DNA from: a virus
Lineage: Duplodnaviria > Caudoviricetes
Length of the DNA stretch: 64,000 nucleotides
Virus record (IMG/VR): IMGVR_UViG_3300042691_041259
Coordinates: 32,001 to 96,000 of that record
Reading direction: 5' to 3' (one strand)
The position numbers were made by a program, and so were the translations under genes. Of the stretch, positions 1 to 9,700 are shown piece after piece. Each line of letters opens with the position of its first letter. Position 1 is the stretch's first letter. The notes under the pieces were generated by a model. That model was not told the origin of the DNA, made no database searches, and saw nothing but the letters and a program-made list of their open reading frames with translations.

Positions 1-3000
1 AAAGCTGCTGGAATTGTTTAACCGCTTCTGCTACGTTTGCTTGAGTAGCCTCATATAAAGGCTGCCCGTTTTGATCATAGCCAATAAGTTTTGGAATACT
101 TTGAAGAGAAGCAAACGAACCAATTCCTTGAGCTACTGATGATAACACTGCACCAATTTGTCCCGCGGCTGAAATGCCTCGTTCAAATGGAGTAGCTCCT
201 AAATTTACTCCAGTAATTAGAGAAAGTAGCGATGGAATGGATGAATTTTTCTCTGCTATTCTTAAGAACGGATCAATAATAGAGCTGTCGCCTTCGCCAA
301 AAAGCATTTTGATATTTTCTAATGCCCTTTCAACATTGGCGGTTTCTGATTTAGAATAGATTGGCTGGCCTTTAGAATCATAGCCTATTACTTTTGGGAT
401 ATTCTGTAAATTAGCAAATGCTCCAATTCCTTGTGCAATACTGGACAATACTTTTCCAATATCGCCAGCCGCAGAAATACCTCGTTGGAATGGGGTTCTG
501 CCAAAGTCATTTCCAATCAAAATGCTTAGTAACGATCCTTGTCCGGCTCCAACCGCAGGATTATTTGCAAGATCTATAAACGGCGCAACTACACTGTATT
601 CACCGGTAACGGATAGCGCTTTGTTAATGTTCTTTAAAGCACTGTCCAGATTAACCTTTTCAGTATCCGAAAACTTAGGATTCCCTTCCTTATCGTAACC
701 GATAAGCTTTGGAATGTTTTCCAAATTAGCCCAAGCGCCTACGCCTTGTGCAACATTAGATAAAACCTTACCAATATCCGCTGCAGCAGAAATACCTCGC
801 TGGAATGGAGTTCTTCCAAAGTCGTTTCCTACCAAAATACTCAGTACCGATCCTTGGCCTGTGCTAAGAACATCGGGATTTTTTCCAAGATCAATAAACG
901 GTTGAATGATTCCTGGCATATATCTTATGATATTATCCAGTGCCTTTTCAACGTCAGCAGTTCGACCTTCATCAAATATCGGATTGCCGTCCTTATCGTA
1001 ACCTTTAAGTCTTGGTATGTTTTGTAAGTTAGCCCATGCACCTACGCCTTGTGCAACAGAAGAAAGCACCCTTCCAATTCCACCAGCAGCAGAAATACCA
1101 AGTTCAAATGGTGTTTTTGCAAGGTCAGTTCCTACCAAGAAAGAGAGAACCGATCCTTTAGAGGTTGATGTAAGATTTGCACGATTTGATAGATCAATAA
1201 ACGGATCAACCAATGAAGGCAAATACTCCTTGATATTTTCCAACGCTGTTTGCGCATCCACAGTTCGACCTTCATCAAATATCGGATTGCCATCTTTATC
1301 ATAACCTTTAATGGCTGGTATTTGGCTAAGGTTTGCCCATGCACCAACCCCTTGTGCTATGCTACTAAGAACTGGTCCAATCATTAAGGCGGTTGCCATT
1401 GCAAAAAACAATGTGGATCCAGTTACTGCACCGGTTGCTAGCGCTTTAACAGATCCAAAGAATCCGCCACTTGTATTTTCCGCTCCTATAAAGTTAAGGA
1501 AAGCGTCTTTAATTCCGCCTAACAAAGTATTAAGTTGGCCACCTACGTCTGATCCCGGTGGAACATTTTCCATAAATGTTTTCACACCCATTCCAATGCT
1601 GGTCAAGGCAAGTCCGGCAGTAGCCATAGCAACTGCTCCTAAAATAATTAGAGGAGAGGCCAAACCGGCCAGTGCAAAGATGCTTCCAAAACCAATAAGA
1701 TAACCAAGAGATCCTCCCATGATGGCAAGGCCACTAATAAACGAATTAGCAGTAATGGACAATCCTTTTTCCTTCTCGGTAACGCCTGAGTATTTTTGAA
1801 TTACCCCCAAGTACTTGTCAAGTCCCATTCCAAATACAGCAAGTCCTAAACCTACTGCCATGTAAGCAAGAGCACCGAGTGCTATGAAGACGGGTATTCC
1901 AAATTCAATTTGGCCGGCAAGAGCAAAGATGGTTCCATAAAGTATTAGTGACATTGCGCCAACTGCAATAAGTCCTAATCCAACAAGCATTGAGCCAACG
2001 GTTTCCCAAGGGCTTCCTTTAAGTTGTGTACCGCCCATAACACCTTGGCCACCAACTCCCATAACCTTTGCAATTCCTGAAAGATAAACGGTAAGACCTA
2101 AACCAAATACCGCAAGACCTAATCCAATTGCAGCGGCTGCTATAGCGCCGCCAATAATCTCAGTCTTAAACATACCAAGAATAAAGAAGGTGGCAGCCGA
2201 AACCGCAATAACTGACAAGGCAATAAGTCCGCCTTTTACAAGATCTCCACCCGATGCTATATCAGCAGCTTTTTTCAGCGAGAATACTAGAGCAAGTACT
2301 CCTAATCCTAGCGATGCCATGCCTAAAGCCATCCACATTGCAGCTTGTGAACCTTTTTTGATAGTGTTATCAAAGGCTCCTAACAGTGCAAACGCTGCTC
2401 CAAATGCTACCAATGATCCTACTATCTTAAGTAGGTCAGGCATTTTTACAAATGAAAAGACAAATGACGCTCCAAAGACGGCAAGCGTAAAGATGGCTAA
2501 TCCCATAGCCATATTTTTTACTACGCCTGTTCCTTTTTTGATCGGGTTTTCCATGACTCCTACTAGTGCAAATGCACCGGCAACTAGAGCCAGACTGATG
2601 GTTAATTTAAGTATTCCTTCAATCGGAACAATGGTCATTACAAAGGCGGATGCTGCCAGGGCTAGCGTAAATAACGCAAGCCCTTTTGCCATACCTCTAA
2701 TAGTATCAACTCCTTTATCAATTTGAGTTTGCGCTTTACCTATTAAAAAGAATGTCAGGCCGATGGCAGCCATTGTAATAGTAAGCTTTAAGATACCTTC
2801 TAATGGAATAATTGACATAACTGCAGCGGAAGCTGCCAATGCAAGTGTAAATATTGCAAGGCCTTTAGCCATTCCTCTGATTGATTCAGTTCCTTTGTCT
2901 ACGTCTTCTTTACGTTTACCAAGGAAGCTAAAGAACGCTCCCATTGCAAATGCCAAGATTGCAAGTTTTGCAATTCCAGCGAAGTCAACAAAATTCATCG

Positions 3001-4777
3001 CTATACCTGCAACTATTGCTGCAAGTGAGAAAAGCGCTAAACCTTTGGCCATTGCCTGAGTGTTTTCAGCACCTTTCTTAACGTCATCAGCAAACTGCGT
3101 TGATCCCAAAAACTTAAAGAAAACGCTAAACGCCAACAGAGTGCCAGCCATCATAGCAAGACCTGATACGCTAACAAATTTATCAAATGCAACGGATGCT
3201 GCTACTGCAGCAAGCGTAAATAATGCTATGGCTTTACCCATGCCCATTACATTTTGATGGCCTTTTTCTACGCTAGTTCCAAATTCACCCGAGCCAAGAT
3301 AACCCATTACCTTTCCCATTAGGAATACGCCTGCGGATAAAGCCAAGATTCCGGGTATTCCGAATGCTACCATTGCAGTGCCAGAAACTATAACCGATAA
3401 GGTAAACCAGGCAATTGCTTTGCCCATACCCTTTAAATTTGCGTTTCCTTTTTCTACCGCCTCACCAGTAGTAGCGCCTCCTAAGTTTTCATAAACTTTT
3501 GTAAGAGCCGATATTGAAAGAGCTATAGTTGCAACGCCTAAAAGAATAAGTGGAGCTAGCGGCGCAATAAGAGCAAACCCAAGAGTGCTTTTTGCTAGTC
3601 CTGCAATTTGTTTGAAATTCTCATTTCCATCCTTAATCTGCTTTTCTGTTTTTGGATTGGCTAATGAGTCATAGATCTTCATAAAGGTTACAACTGCAAG
3701 AGCGGTAAACGCTGCACCTATTACTGCTAATGGACCAAGTGGCGCCAGTAACGAAAGGTACAGCATGCCTTTTGCAATCTTTCCAATTTCTATAAAGTTG
3801 GAATTACCTTGCTTTATGTTTTCTGTAGTTTCTTTTGAACCCAGAACCGTGTATATCTTATTAAACGCTGTAACTGTTAGGTATATGCCAGCCACAGAAA
3901 TTGCCATAATTGGAATGAGCGGCGCTATGAGGGTAAGCCCAATAAGATTTTTAATTAACTTCTTAGTAGAAACTCCTAAGCCTTCCGCTACTGCTAATCG
4001 GTTCTTTTGTTCTTCTTCATCACCTAATTTTTGATAAATTGCATCAAGGCTACTAATGGAAAAGGCAATTACTCCAAAAGATAACAAAAGAAGTGGAGCA
4101 ACAGGAACAAGCAATAGCGTAAGCAGCAAGCCGCCTACTAAAGATGCAAGCCCGCCTCCTAAAGTTTTAAAAGATTCTCCAATCTGTCCGGCCTTTGCAA
4201 AAAACCCTGAGTTTGGAGATGTGCTACCACCGGCAGCTCCACCAGCAAGCTTTTTCTCAATCCTCTGTAGAGTTGCTGCTGATTGCATCATACTCTGCTC
4301 AATTGACTTAATGTTTGCGGATAAGTCTCCTAAATTAACAGACTTGGTGCGAATATCTTCCTGCTTTTTCTCAAGTTCCTCACGCTTTTTCTGGTCCTCT
4401 TCCAGAAACTTTAAAATGTCTTTGAGAACAATTACAGATTCGGCATTTCTAGCAGGTTCTTCTCTTTCTCTTTGAGGTTTTGAAGACTCTGTAAATTTAT
4501 CTAAAATAGCTTTTTGTATGGATACTTGATTTGCAGAGATTTTTGTCATCTCTTTCATTGCATCAAGTTTTTCCTTTGAAATCGCGTTTAAATTTTGAAG
4601 CTCTTTTTGCATTTCTGCAAAACCGGCAGTTTTTGAGTTTTCTCCAGTTTGCTCCTTTTCAGCAACGGCCTCTTTTTCTTTAAGCGACTCTGTTCTTTCG
4701 GATTCGATCATCCGAGAAAGAATTGCTTTCTGTACCGATAAAATTTCTCCTAATAGAGCGGTGTCCCGTGCTGCCAT
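1..4777 (-). CDS. Tape measure protein (partial, 3' end beyond left edge of window)
   Basis: Not in ORF track because it has no stop in the window. ATG at 4777 (MAARDTALLGEI...); frame checked open at sampled points down to the left edge (...IPKLIGYDQNGQPLYEATQANVAEAVKQFQQL). >1590 aa, long Ala/Gly/Ile/Leu amphipathic helices plus ~101-aa repeats; lies downstream of sheath, tube and chaperone-like genes. The many + strand ORFs over this region are its antisense shadows. Confidence 0.8.
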   Translation of the reverse strand, partial: MAARDTALLGEILSVQKAILSRMIESERTESLKEKEAVAEKEQTGENSKTAGFAEMQKELQNLNAISKEKLDAMKEMTKISANQVSIQKAILDKFTESSKPQREREEPARNAESVIVLKDILKFLEEDQKKREELEKKQEDIRTKSVNLGDLSANIKSIEQSMMQSAATLQRIEKKLAGGAAGGSTSPNSGFFAKAGQIGESFKTLGGGLASLVGGLLLTLLLVPVAPLLLLSFGVIAFSISSLDAIYQKLGDEEEQKNRLAVAEGLGVSTKKLIKNLIGLTLIAPLIPIMAISVAGIYLTVTAFNKIYTVLGSKETTENIKQGNSNFIEIGKIAKGMLYLSLLAPLGPLAVIGAAFTALAVVTFMKIYDSLANPKTEKQIKDGNENFKQIAGLAKSTLGFALIAPLAPLILLGVATIALSISALTKVYENLGGATTGEAVEKGNANLKGMGKAIAWFTLSVIVSGTAMVAFGIPGILALSAGVFLMGKVMGYLGSGEFGTSVEKGHQNVMGMGKAIALFTLAAVAASVAFDKFVSVSGLAMMAGTLLAFSVFFKFLGSTQFADDVKKGAENTQAMAKGLALFSLAAIVAGIAMNFVDFAGIAKLAILAFAMGAFFSFLGKRKEDVDKGTESIRGMAKGLAIFTLALAASAAVMSIIPLEGILKLTITMAAIGLTFFLIGKAQTQIDKGVDTIRGMAKGLALFTLALAASAFVMTIVPIEGILKLTISLALVAGAFALVGVMENPIKKGTGVVKNMAMGLAIFTLAVFGASFVFSFVKMPDLLKIVGSLVAFGAAFALLGAFDNTIKKGSQAAMWMALGMASLGLGVLALVFSLKKAADIASGGDLVKGGLIALSVIAVSAATFFILGMFKTEIIGGAIAAAAIGLGLAVFGLGLTVYLSGIAKVMGVGGQGVMGGTQLKGSPWETVGSMLVGLGLIAVGAMSLILYGTIFALAGQIEFGIPVFIALGALAYMAVGLGLAVFGMGLDKYLGVIQKYSGVTEKEKGLSITANSFISGLAIMGGSLGYLIGFGSIFALAGLASPLIILGAVAMATAGLALTSIGMGVKTFMENVPPGSDVGGQLNTLLGGIKDAFLNFIGAENTSGGFFGSVKALATGAVTGSTLFFAMATALMIGPVLSSIAQGVGAWANLSQIPAIKGYDKDGNPIFDEGRTVDAQTALENIKEYLPSLVDPFIDLSNRANLTSTSKGSVLSFLVGTDLAKTPFELGISAAGGIGRVLSSVAQGVGAWANLQNIPRLKGYDKDGNPIFDEGRTADVEKALDNIIRYMPGIIQPFIDLGKNPDVLSTGQGSVLSILVGNDFGRTPFQRGISAAADIGKVLSNVAQGVGAWANLENIPKLIGYDKEGNPKFSDTEKVNLDSALKNINKALSVTGEYSVVAPFIDLANNPAVGAGQGSLLSILIGNDFGRTPFQRGISAAGDIGKVLSSIAQGIGAFANLQNIPKVIGYDSKGQPIYSKSETANVERALENIKMLFGEGDSSIIDPFLRIAEKNSSIPSLLSLITGVNLGATPFERGISAAGQIGAVLSSVAQGIGSFASLQSIPKLIGYDQNGQPLYEATQANVAEAVKQFQQL
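60..1400 (-). repeat. Five ~101-105 aa tandem protein repeats in the tape measure gene
   Basis: Motif GxxLSxxAQGxGA(W/F)AxLxxIPxxxGYDxxGxP recurs; anchor points at about 1335, 1032, 729, 414 and 111 give spacings of 303, 303, 315 and 303 nt. Confidence 0.85.
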
Positions 4778-4798
4778 CCAGACTAATTATACTTTTTC

Positions 4799-4806
4799 TA
4801 TATATC
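4799..4806 (-). promoter_or_regulatory. Putative late promoter GATATATA upstream of tape measure gene
   Basis: Same 8-mer sits 20-40 nt upstream of several virion genes; analogous to the T4 late promoter TATAAATA. Confidence 0.6.
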
Positions 4807-4815
4807 AATAGAAAC

Positions 4816-4850
4816 AAAAAAAGAACCTGGCATAAACCAGGTTCTTTTTT
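4816..4850. terminator. Rho-independent terminator (symmetric)
   Basis: AAAAAAAGAACCTGG-cataaa-CCAGGTTCTTTTTT directly after the stop at 4849. Confidence 0.85.
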
Positions 4851-5187
4851 AAAATTTCATATTACCAAAGTTTGGCATTTTACCGCCAGATGAGAGCCCC
4901 TTAAACATGCTTTGCTGCTGATTCATCATGCTGCTCATGTTCGGCATACTGCCTTGGTTTTCTTCTTCTTTCTTCCTTCGTGTATTTTCTTCTTCTACTT
5001 TTTCTTTATGAATTTCAAGTAGGACTTCCGCCCTCCAAAAATCCATTCTGTCTAATTCACTTGGCTGAAGCCTGAGAGTCTTTAGTAAGACGTACTCAAC
5101 CTCACACCAATTCATCAAGGATATCTGGAATAAGGAAAATAGATTTGACCCCTCCGCGAAAGTTGAGAGGCACTGAGTCCTCCGCAC
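4849..5187 (-). CDS. T4 gp51-like baseplate/tail assembly protein (start uncertain; first ATG at 5115; may be made as a frameshift extension of the upstream gene)
   Basis: FQISLMNWCEVEYVLLKTLRLQPSELDRMDFWRAEVLLEIHKEKVEEEN resembles the gp51 pattern (SLxNYY..F.LM.....SL.ELE.M..W.R..Y..LL.....EEN); lies between gp26-like gene and tape measure. Confidence 0.55.
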   Translation of the reverse strand: MRRTQCLSTFAEGSNLFSLFQISLMNWCEVEYVLLKTLRLQPSELDRMDFWRAEVLLEIHKEKVEEENTRRKKEEENQGSMPNMSSMMNQQQSMFKGLSSGGKMPNFGNMKF

Positions 5188-6049
5188 CCCGCTCGTTTAC
5201 ATAACGTACTTCAGGATTGATAGAACTTGCCAGCATTGAAGTGATCTTTTCCATCAAAGAGATTTTTTGAATTGACCATGTAAGAGATTCTTGCAAAGTG
5301 GATTCATATTCTCTTTCAGTTAATCCTTTCCACTCGGGAAACAGGAACGGCGCATACTTTAAAAAAGCTTTGTCAAACTGTTGTTGTCTTTGAGCTTTAT
5401 TCTTTGCGTAATTCTTAATAAAAGTCATTACGCCAAGACTTGGGAAGTGAAGTTCAAATTTTTCGCCGTTCTTCATTTGGAAGATAAATGATCTGCTGTC
5501 CGGATTATAGTACTTCATCAGTGTTTCATCCGGGTTAAAGTAGTTAAGAACATCTTTTGTAATCTCAATTTTGTCCTCGGTGCCATCTTCATTTTGGAAA
5601 GTTGTATAGAGACGGTTTTCTCCATTCTTAAACGTGAAATCACGAATTGCAAAAAGAATGTAAAAACGGTCAATCTCTTTCAAATCTTTGAAATTGGCTG
5701 GACGGCCTGCCATACGAATACGGCAGCATCGCTCAATTACAAAGTTAAGCATGTCATCAATACCTAACGCATCATTTTCATCAATAGTAGACCAATGACG
5801 GATTTCTGCAACAGAAGCTGCGCGAATTGCAACCTCAGATCCTATTGGGTAAAATAGTCCTTGAGATGGCAGGTTCTCAAGCGGTAGGTTTTTCCAGCCG
5901 ATGTCTCCTGACAGTGGTGATTCTTCAGGCTGGGCAAACTTTTGAGCTTTACCTAGCGAAGTTAATTTTGCAACTGGCTCTGAACCTTCAGCCTGTTCCA
6001 CTAATTTACGTGCTTCCTCTTCGAAAGCATTATTTGTTTCTTCAGTCAT
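5102..6049 (-). CDS. T4 gp26-like baseplate hub / tail assembly chaperone
   Basis: LPSQGLFYP...IRAASVAE resembles the gp26-family N-terminal LPS.G..Y...IR motif; position between tube and tape measure. Confidence 0.6.
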   Translation of the reverse strand: MTEETNNAFEEEARKLVEQAEGSEPVAKLTSLGKAQKFAQPEESPLSGDIGWKNLPLENLPSQGLFYPIGSEVAIRAASVAEIRHWSTIDENDALGIDDMLNFVIERCCRIRMAGRPANFKDLKEIDRFYILFAIRDFTFKNGENRLYTTFQNEDGTEDKIEITKDVLNYFNPDETLMKYYNPDSRSFIFQMKNGEKFELHFPSLGVMTFIKNYAKNKAQRQQQFDKAFLKYAPFLFPEWKGLTEREYESTLQESLTWSIQKISLMEKITSMLASSINPEVRYVNERGAEDSVPLNFRGGVKSIFLIPDILDELV

Positions 6050-6070
6050 GCTTTTTATATTTTTGTTTTC

Positions 6071-6096
6071 TTATATAACCGGGTTTAAAAAAGTTT
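6071..6096 (-). promoter_or_regulatory. Bipartite promoter AAACT-N13-TTATATAA
   Basis: Variant of AAAC(T/C)-N13-GAATATAA motif found before several replication genes. Confidence 0.45.
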
Positions 6097-6106
6097 TGAT
6101 TTTTGC

Positions 6107-6135
6107 AAAAAAAAGGTCTCCGAAGAGACCTTTTT
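6107..6135 (-). terminator. Rho-independent terminator after tail tube gene
   Basis: Stem AAAAGGTCTC/GAGACCTTTT with TTCG loop on the minus strand followed by a T8 run. Confidence 0.9.
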
Positions 6136-6154
6136 ATATGTTTTGACTTTCTGA

Positions 6155-6718
6155 TTAGAGAATAGTTTCTTCCCAGTAGTCTGCGCGAAGTTGGAATCCA
6201 GTGATACGGAAGATTTCGTTATCATTGAAGTCCGCGTTTGCTGGCATTGGTAATGCCACCATTGGGAACACCTGAGCGAAACGAACCTGACGGTAGATGT
6301 CACCTGCTTTGTTAAAGAAGTTGACGATCATTGGTCCACCCATGTAGTCTCTTTTCAGACCCATGCGGCCAGTCAGTGGATCGTAGATCAGATCACACCA
6401 TTTACGGAGTGCTTTGTAAACGTATGCCGAGTTGTTATCGTCAAGGTTGATTTCAAAGTCGAGCGTAAGATCGACTGAGGTATCACCTGCGATAGAACCA
6501 CCAGCGAATGAACGTCTTGCAGATTTATATTTCTGCTCAACCAATGCTGGCATCTTATTGATAGCGATTCCATCTACTTTTAACACTTGCTCCATTACCA
6601 AGTCCCAACCACCTACTGCGGGAGGGGGAGTAAGGAGTACCTCGAACTGGGCAATGTAGAGAGGCTCATACTTTGCCATAGAGGCTTTCGAATTTCTAAA
6701 ATGCGGTAGTCCTGCCAT
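6155..6718 (-). CDS. gp19: Tail tube protein (T4 gp19-like)
   Basis: 187 aa directly downstream of sheath; YEP....QFEV, LRKWCDLIYDP.TG, and VFP...ADYWEE features typical of gp19-like tubes. Confidence 0.85.
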   Translation of the reverse strand: MAGLPHFRNSKASMAKYEPLYIAQFEVLLTPPPAVGGWDLVMEQVLKVDGIAINKMPALVEQKYKSARRSFAGGSIAGDTSVDLTLDFEINLDDNNSAYVYKALRKWCDLIYDPLTGRMGLKRDYMGGPMIVNFFNKAGDIYRQVRFAQVFPMVALPMPANADFNDNEIFRITGFQLRADYWEETIL

Positions 6719-6759
6719 TGCTTTATTTTTTTATTTTTCTTTCTTTTGAATTATTTTGA

Positions 6760-9700
6760 TTAGCCAGCTACGAATCCACCTGAAGAAATTGTTCCAGTCT
6801 TCAAGATAGTGATTCTGTTGATGAATTTCTGCAGACCGCGTGATGGCTCGATTCCAACGTCGATGATACCGAAGTTTTGGTCGATCACAGCAGCGCTGTT
6901 GTTAGTTTCATCCATGATTACCTGGTAATCATAAATTCCTCCTGCATTTCTTACAGTGTCGAGGTAGTTTTCTACAATTGTACGAATCTCAAGACGGGTT
7001 GATGCGTCGTTAAATTCGAAGAGGTATTGAGCAAGTACGTCCTCAATAGCTTCAGATACAGTGATCAGAAGATCTCTAACGTGAAGGTTATTGAAAGCGG
7101 ACAGTGTTGTTTGATAAGCTGTCTGGTTAGCGAAGATCATTGGTCCAATTCCTTTCACAGTTACGATTGGGTTGATACCAAATGGCTCGAGGTATTCACG
7201 ATCCTGAAGCAAGTACTCAAACTCGAGACCTGCAAACTTTGGATTTGAGATAACCCCGCGACGTGGACCAGCAACGATTGAGTAAGGAAGACCTTGAATG
7301 AACTTTCTTACAAAGTTGTTAGATACGTCAGCCGCTGGTGGAATGCTCTTATTGGTGTTATCTTCACGAATAATGATATTCGGAGAGAATACGCCAATGA
7401 ACTTAGCACCATTTTCTTCATCAGGCAGAGAGAATCTAAAGCTTGGTCCAAGGCTAAGGTTACCACCTTCCGCGATATACGATGTATTCAAGGTTGGTCT
7501 TGGGTTACCCGCAGCTGGATCTGGAAGTTCGGTGAACCTTGGATCAGTGCTAGCAATGAACTGCTTGATTGATGGAGCGTTAAGAATTGCCATACATTTT
7601 TGACGATCTCTTGCAAGTCTTGCCAAGATAGATTTCGGTCCCATCTGTGGAGCGATACCACCATTAAAGGTATCAATCACATAACGGAAGGAAATAATAT
7701 CGCGGCTAGCGAGTGTCTTCGCAATGTTGGTATTCTCAAGTACACCATAGATTTTGTCAATCTGTGCGTCAGTGTTGTTTGGCAAATGGTAGTCGTTAAG
7801 GACGTAACCATTCAACAAAGTAAACTGCAGACGATCACAGAAAGTTTGGATCGGAGTGTACTTAGTAATAGTGTTTGTGGTAAAGTCAACCGCAGGTACA
7901 TCAAGTACAGTGTATTCGTATGTTACCACACCAGTTGAAGGATTTACCTTCTTGATTTTGTCAGTAATACGAGTCAATCTTGGAGTAGCCGAGTTATCTA
8001 CAATCAGATCGCCAACTGTAAGGTTAACAGAATCTGCTGCAGAAACCTGGAATTTCTTACCGCCAGATGAAAGGGTACCAATGATTGTAATGTTAGAACT
8101 GATGTTCTTTCCGGTTGCAGAGTAGAACGCCAAGTAGTTTTCCTCGGGAATTGCGTTATCAAACACGGTTCCATCAATGTAAGTTTCATCAAGAACTGCG
8201 TATGTAGCACTAGCACGTGTTACCAAATCGGTAGCGGTGTACTGTGTTACACGACAGCCGCTGAGACCGTACGCAATTTGCGAGTATACGTCCACAGAAC
8301 CTGTAGCCGCACCTTTGCTCCATCTTTTGGTAATACCAAGGTAGTTGAATTCCGAAGCACCGGTATCGTACTTTACGCTATCTCCATTAACAACCAAGTT
8401 TTGGTTAACGTTAATGTTCAGCTTAGAACCAGGATACGCTTCAACGTATTTCAAATCAAAAAGACCTGCGCCTTCTACATATTCGCCAGTAGCGTCGGAC
8501 TCCATGGTAAATGAAATACCGGATTGAACCAATTTTACCACAAAAGTATCTGCGCCCGCGCCAAGGTCACCGGTTCCAAGAGCCACTGTATTTGCGCCAA
8601 GTCCAGATACGAAAGCAACTTGTGCAACTCGAGCACCTGCCGCACTTCCAGTGTAAGTGATGTTTGTTATGTAAAACGGACCAGCACCGATAAGAACATT
8701 AGCCGATACAAAAGGTGTAATTGAGCCATTTTGATACAGTTCAACTTCTACTGAAGAGTAAATTTCACCAGTGCTATTGTCTGAAGGTACGCCAGCTGCA
8801 ACAAAAGTATTACCAATTCCGTCAAATGATTCCACGGTAGTGGTAGGATTGATTGCAAAAGTCAAGCTGTCTCCAAAGTCAACGCTGTCAAGAGTCAGAC
8901 CCAGGTTAGGAACCAGGCTATTTGCATTTACATCAGGAATTGCGGCAGGAACGTTTAAAAGATCTCCTTTAAAGAGAGTTACTTTGATATCGGTAGCCTG
9001 TACTACAGATTCAAAATCTGCAATGTCTAGACCGAGTGTTCCCCACTTATTGAAGTAATAAGGAGCGGCGTCATAGATGCCAGAAACTCCAGAGTCTTCA
9101 ACCGTGATAATGCCGCCGGCGTAAGAGGCTACTTGATAGTACTTTGCAAAGCCGGGAAACTGTACCAGGATAAAGTCTACATTTACGCCTGCAACAGGAG
9201 CGGCAGGTGTTAGCGTAGTGTCAGCTTCATCCTTAAATGTTCCTACTTCAATTTCGTTAGCTGTGCCAGGAATCAAAGTAGCTGTGGTAGTACCAATGAT
9301 GTTATCAAAGTAACCAACTTTCTTGTGAAGCGGTGAGCTCAATTGAATTTGCAATTCTGTGCCAGTGTCAATTACATTGTCAACTTTCACATAGTCATCA
9401 GGGCTTTCAGTAGCAAACGTGTTTACACCGTAAGTCTTGAATATAGTGTTATTTGAAATGTTATCTACCAAAAACTGGTATTGCGAAGGCAAGAACACTG
9501 CATCAGCTGGTTCAGGCTTAGGGATAACCAAAACGTTGTTAAAGTTACCGCTTCTGCCTCCAAATGGCTGTGATTTAACGTAGATCTGAACTGTTGAAGT
9601 TAACAGACCAGCACCTGCGCCATCATAGATAGTTACGCCATTATCTGGAGAATTTGCTGGATCCAAATCATCAGTTCCAACATATTCAAGAACATTTTTG

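Noticed and set aside
174-4475. Series of + strand ORFs over the first 4.5 kb
   Set aside because: Antisense to the uninterrupted minus-strand tape measure gene, which the ORF track missed because it has no stop in the window.
6085-6303. 72-aa minus-strand ORF crossing the tube gene end
   Set aside because: Off-frame overlap with gp19 and runs through a strong terminator.
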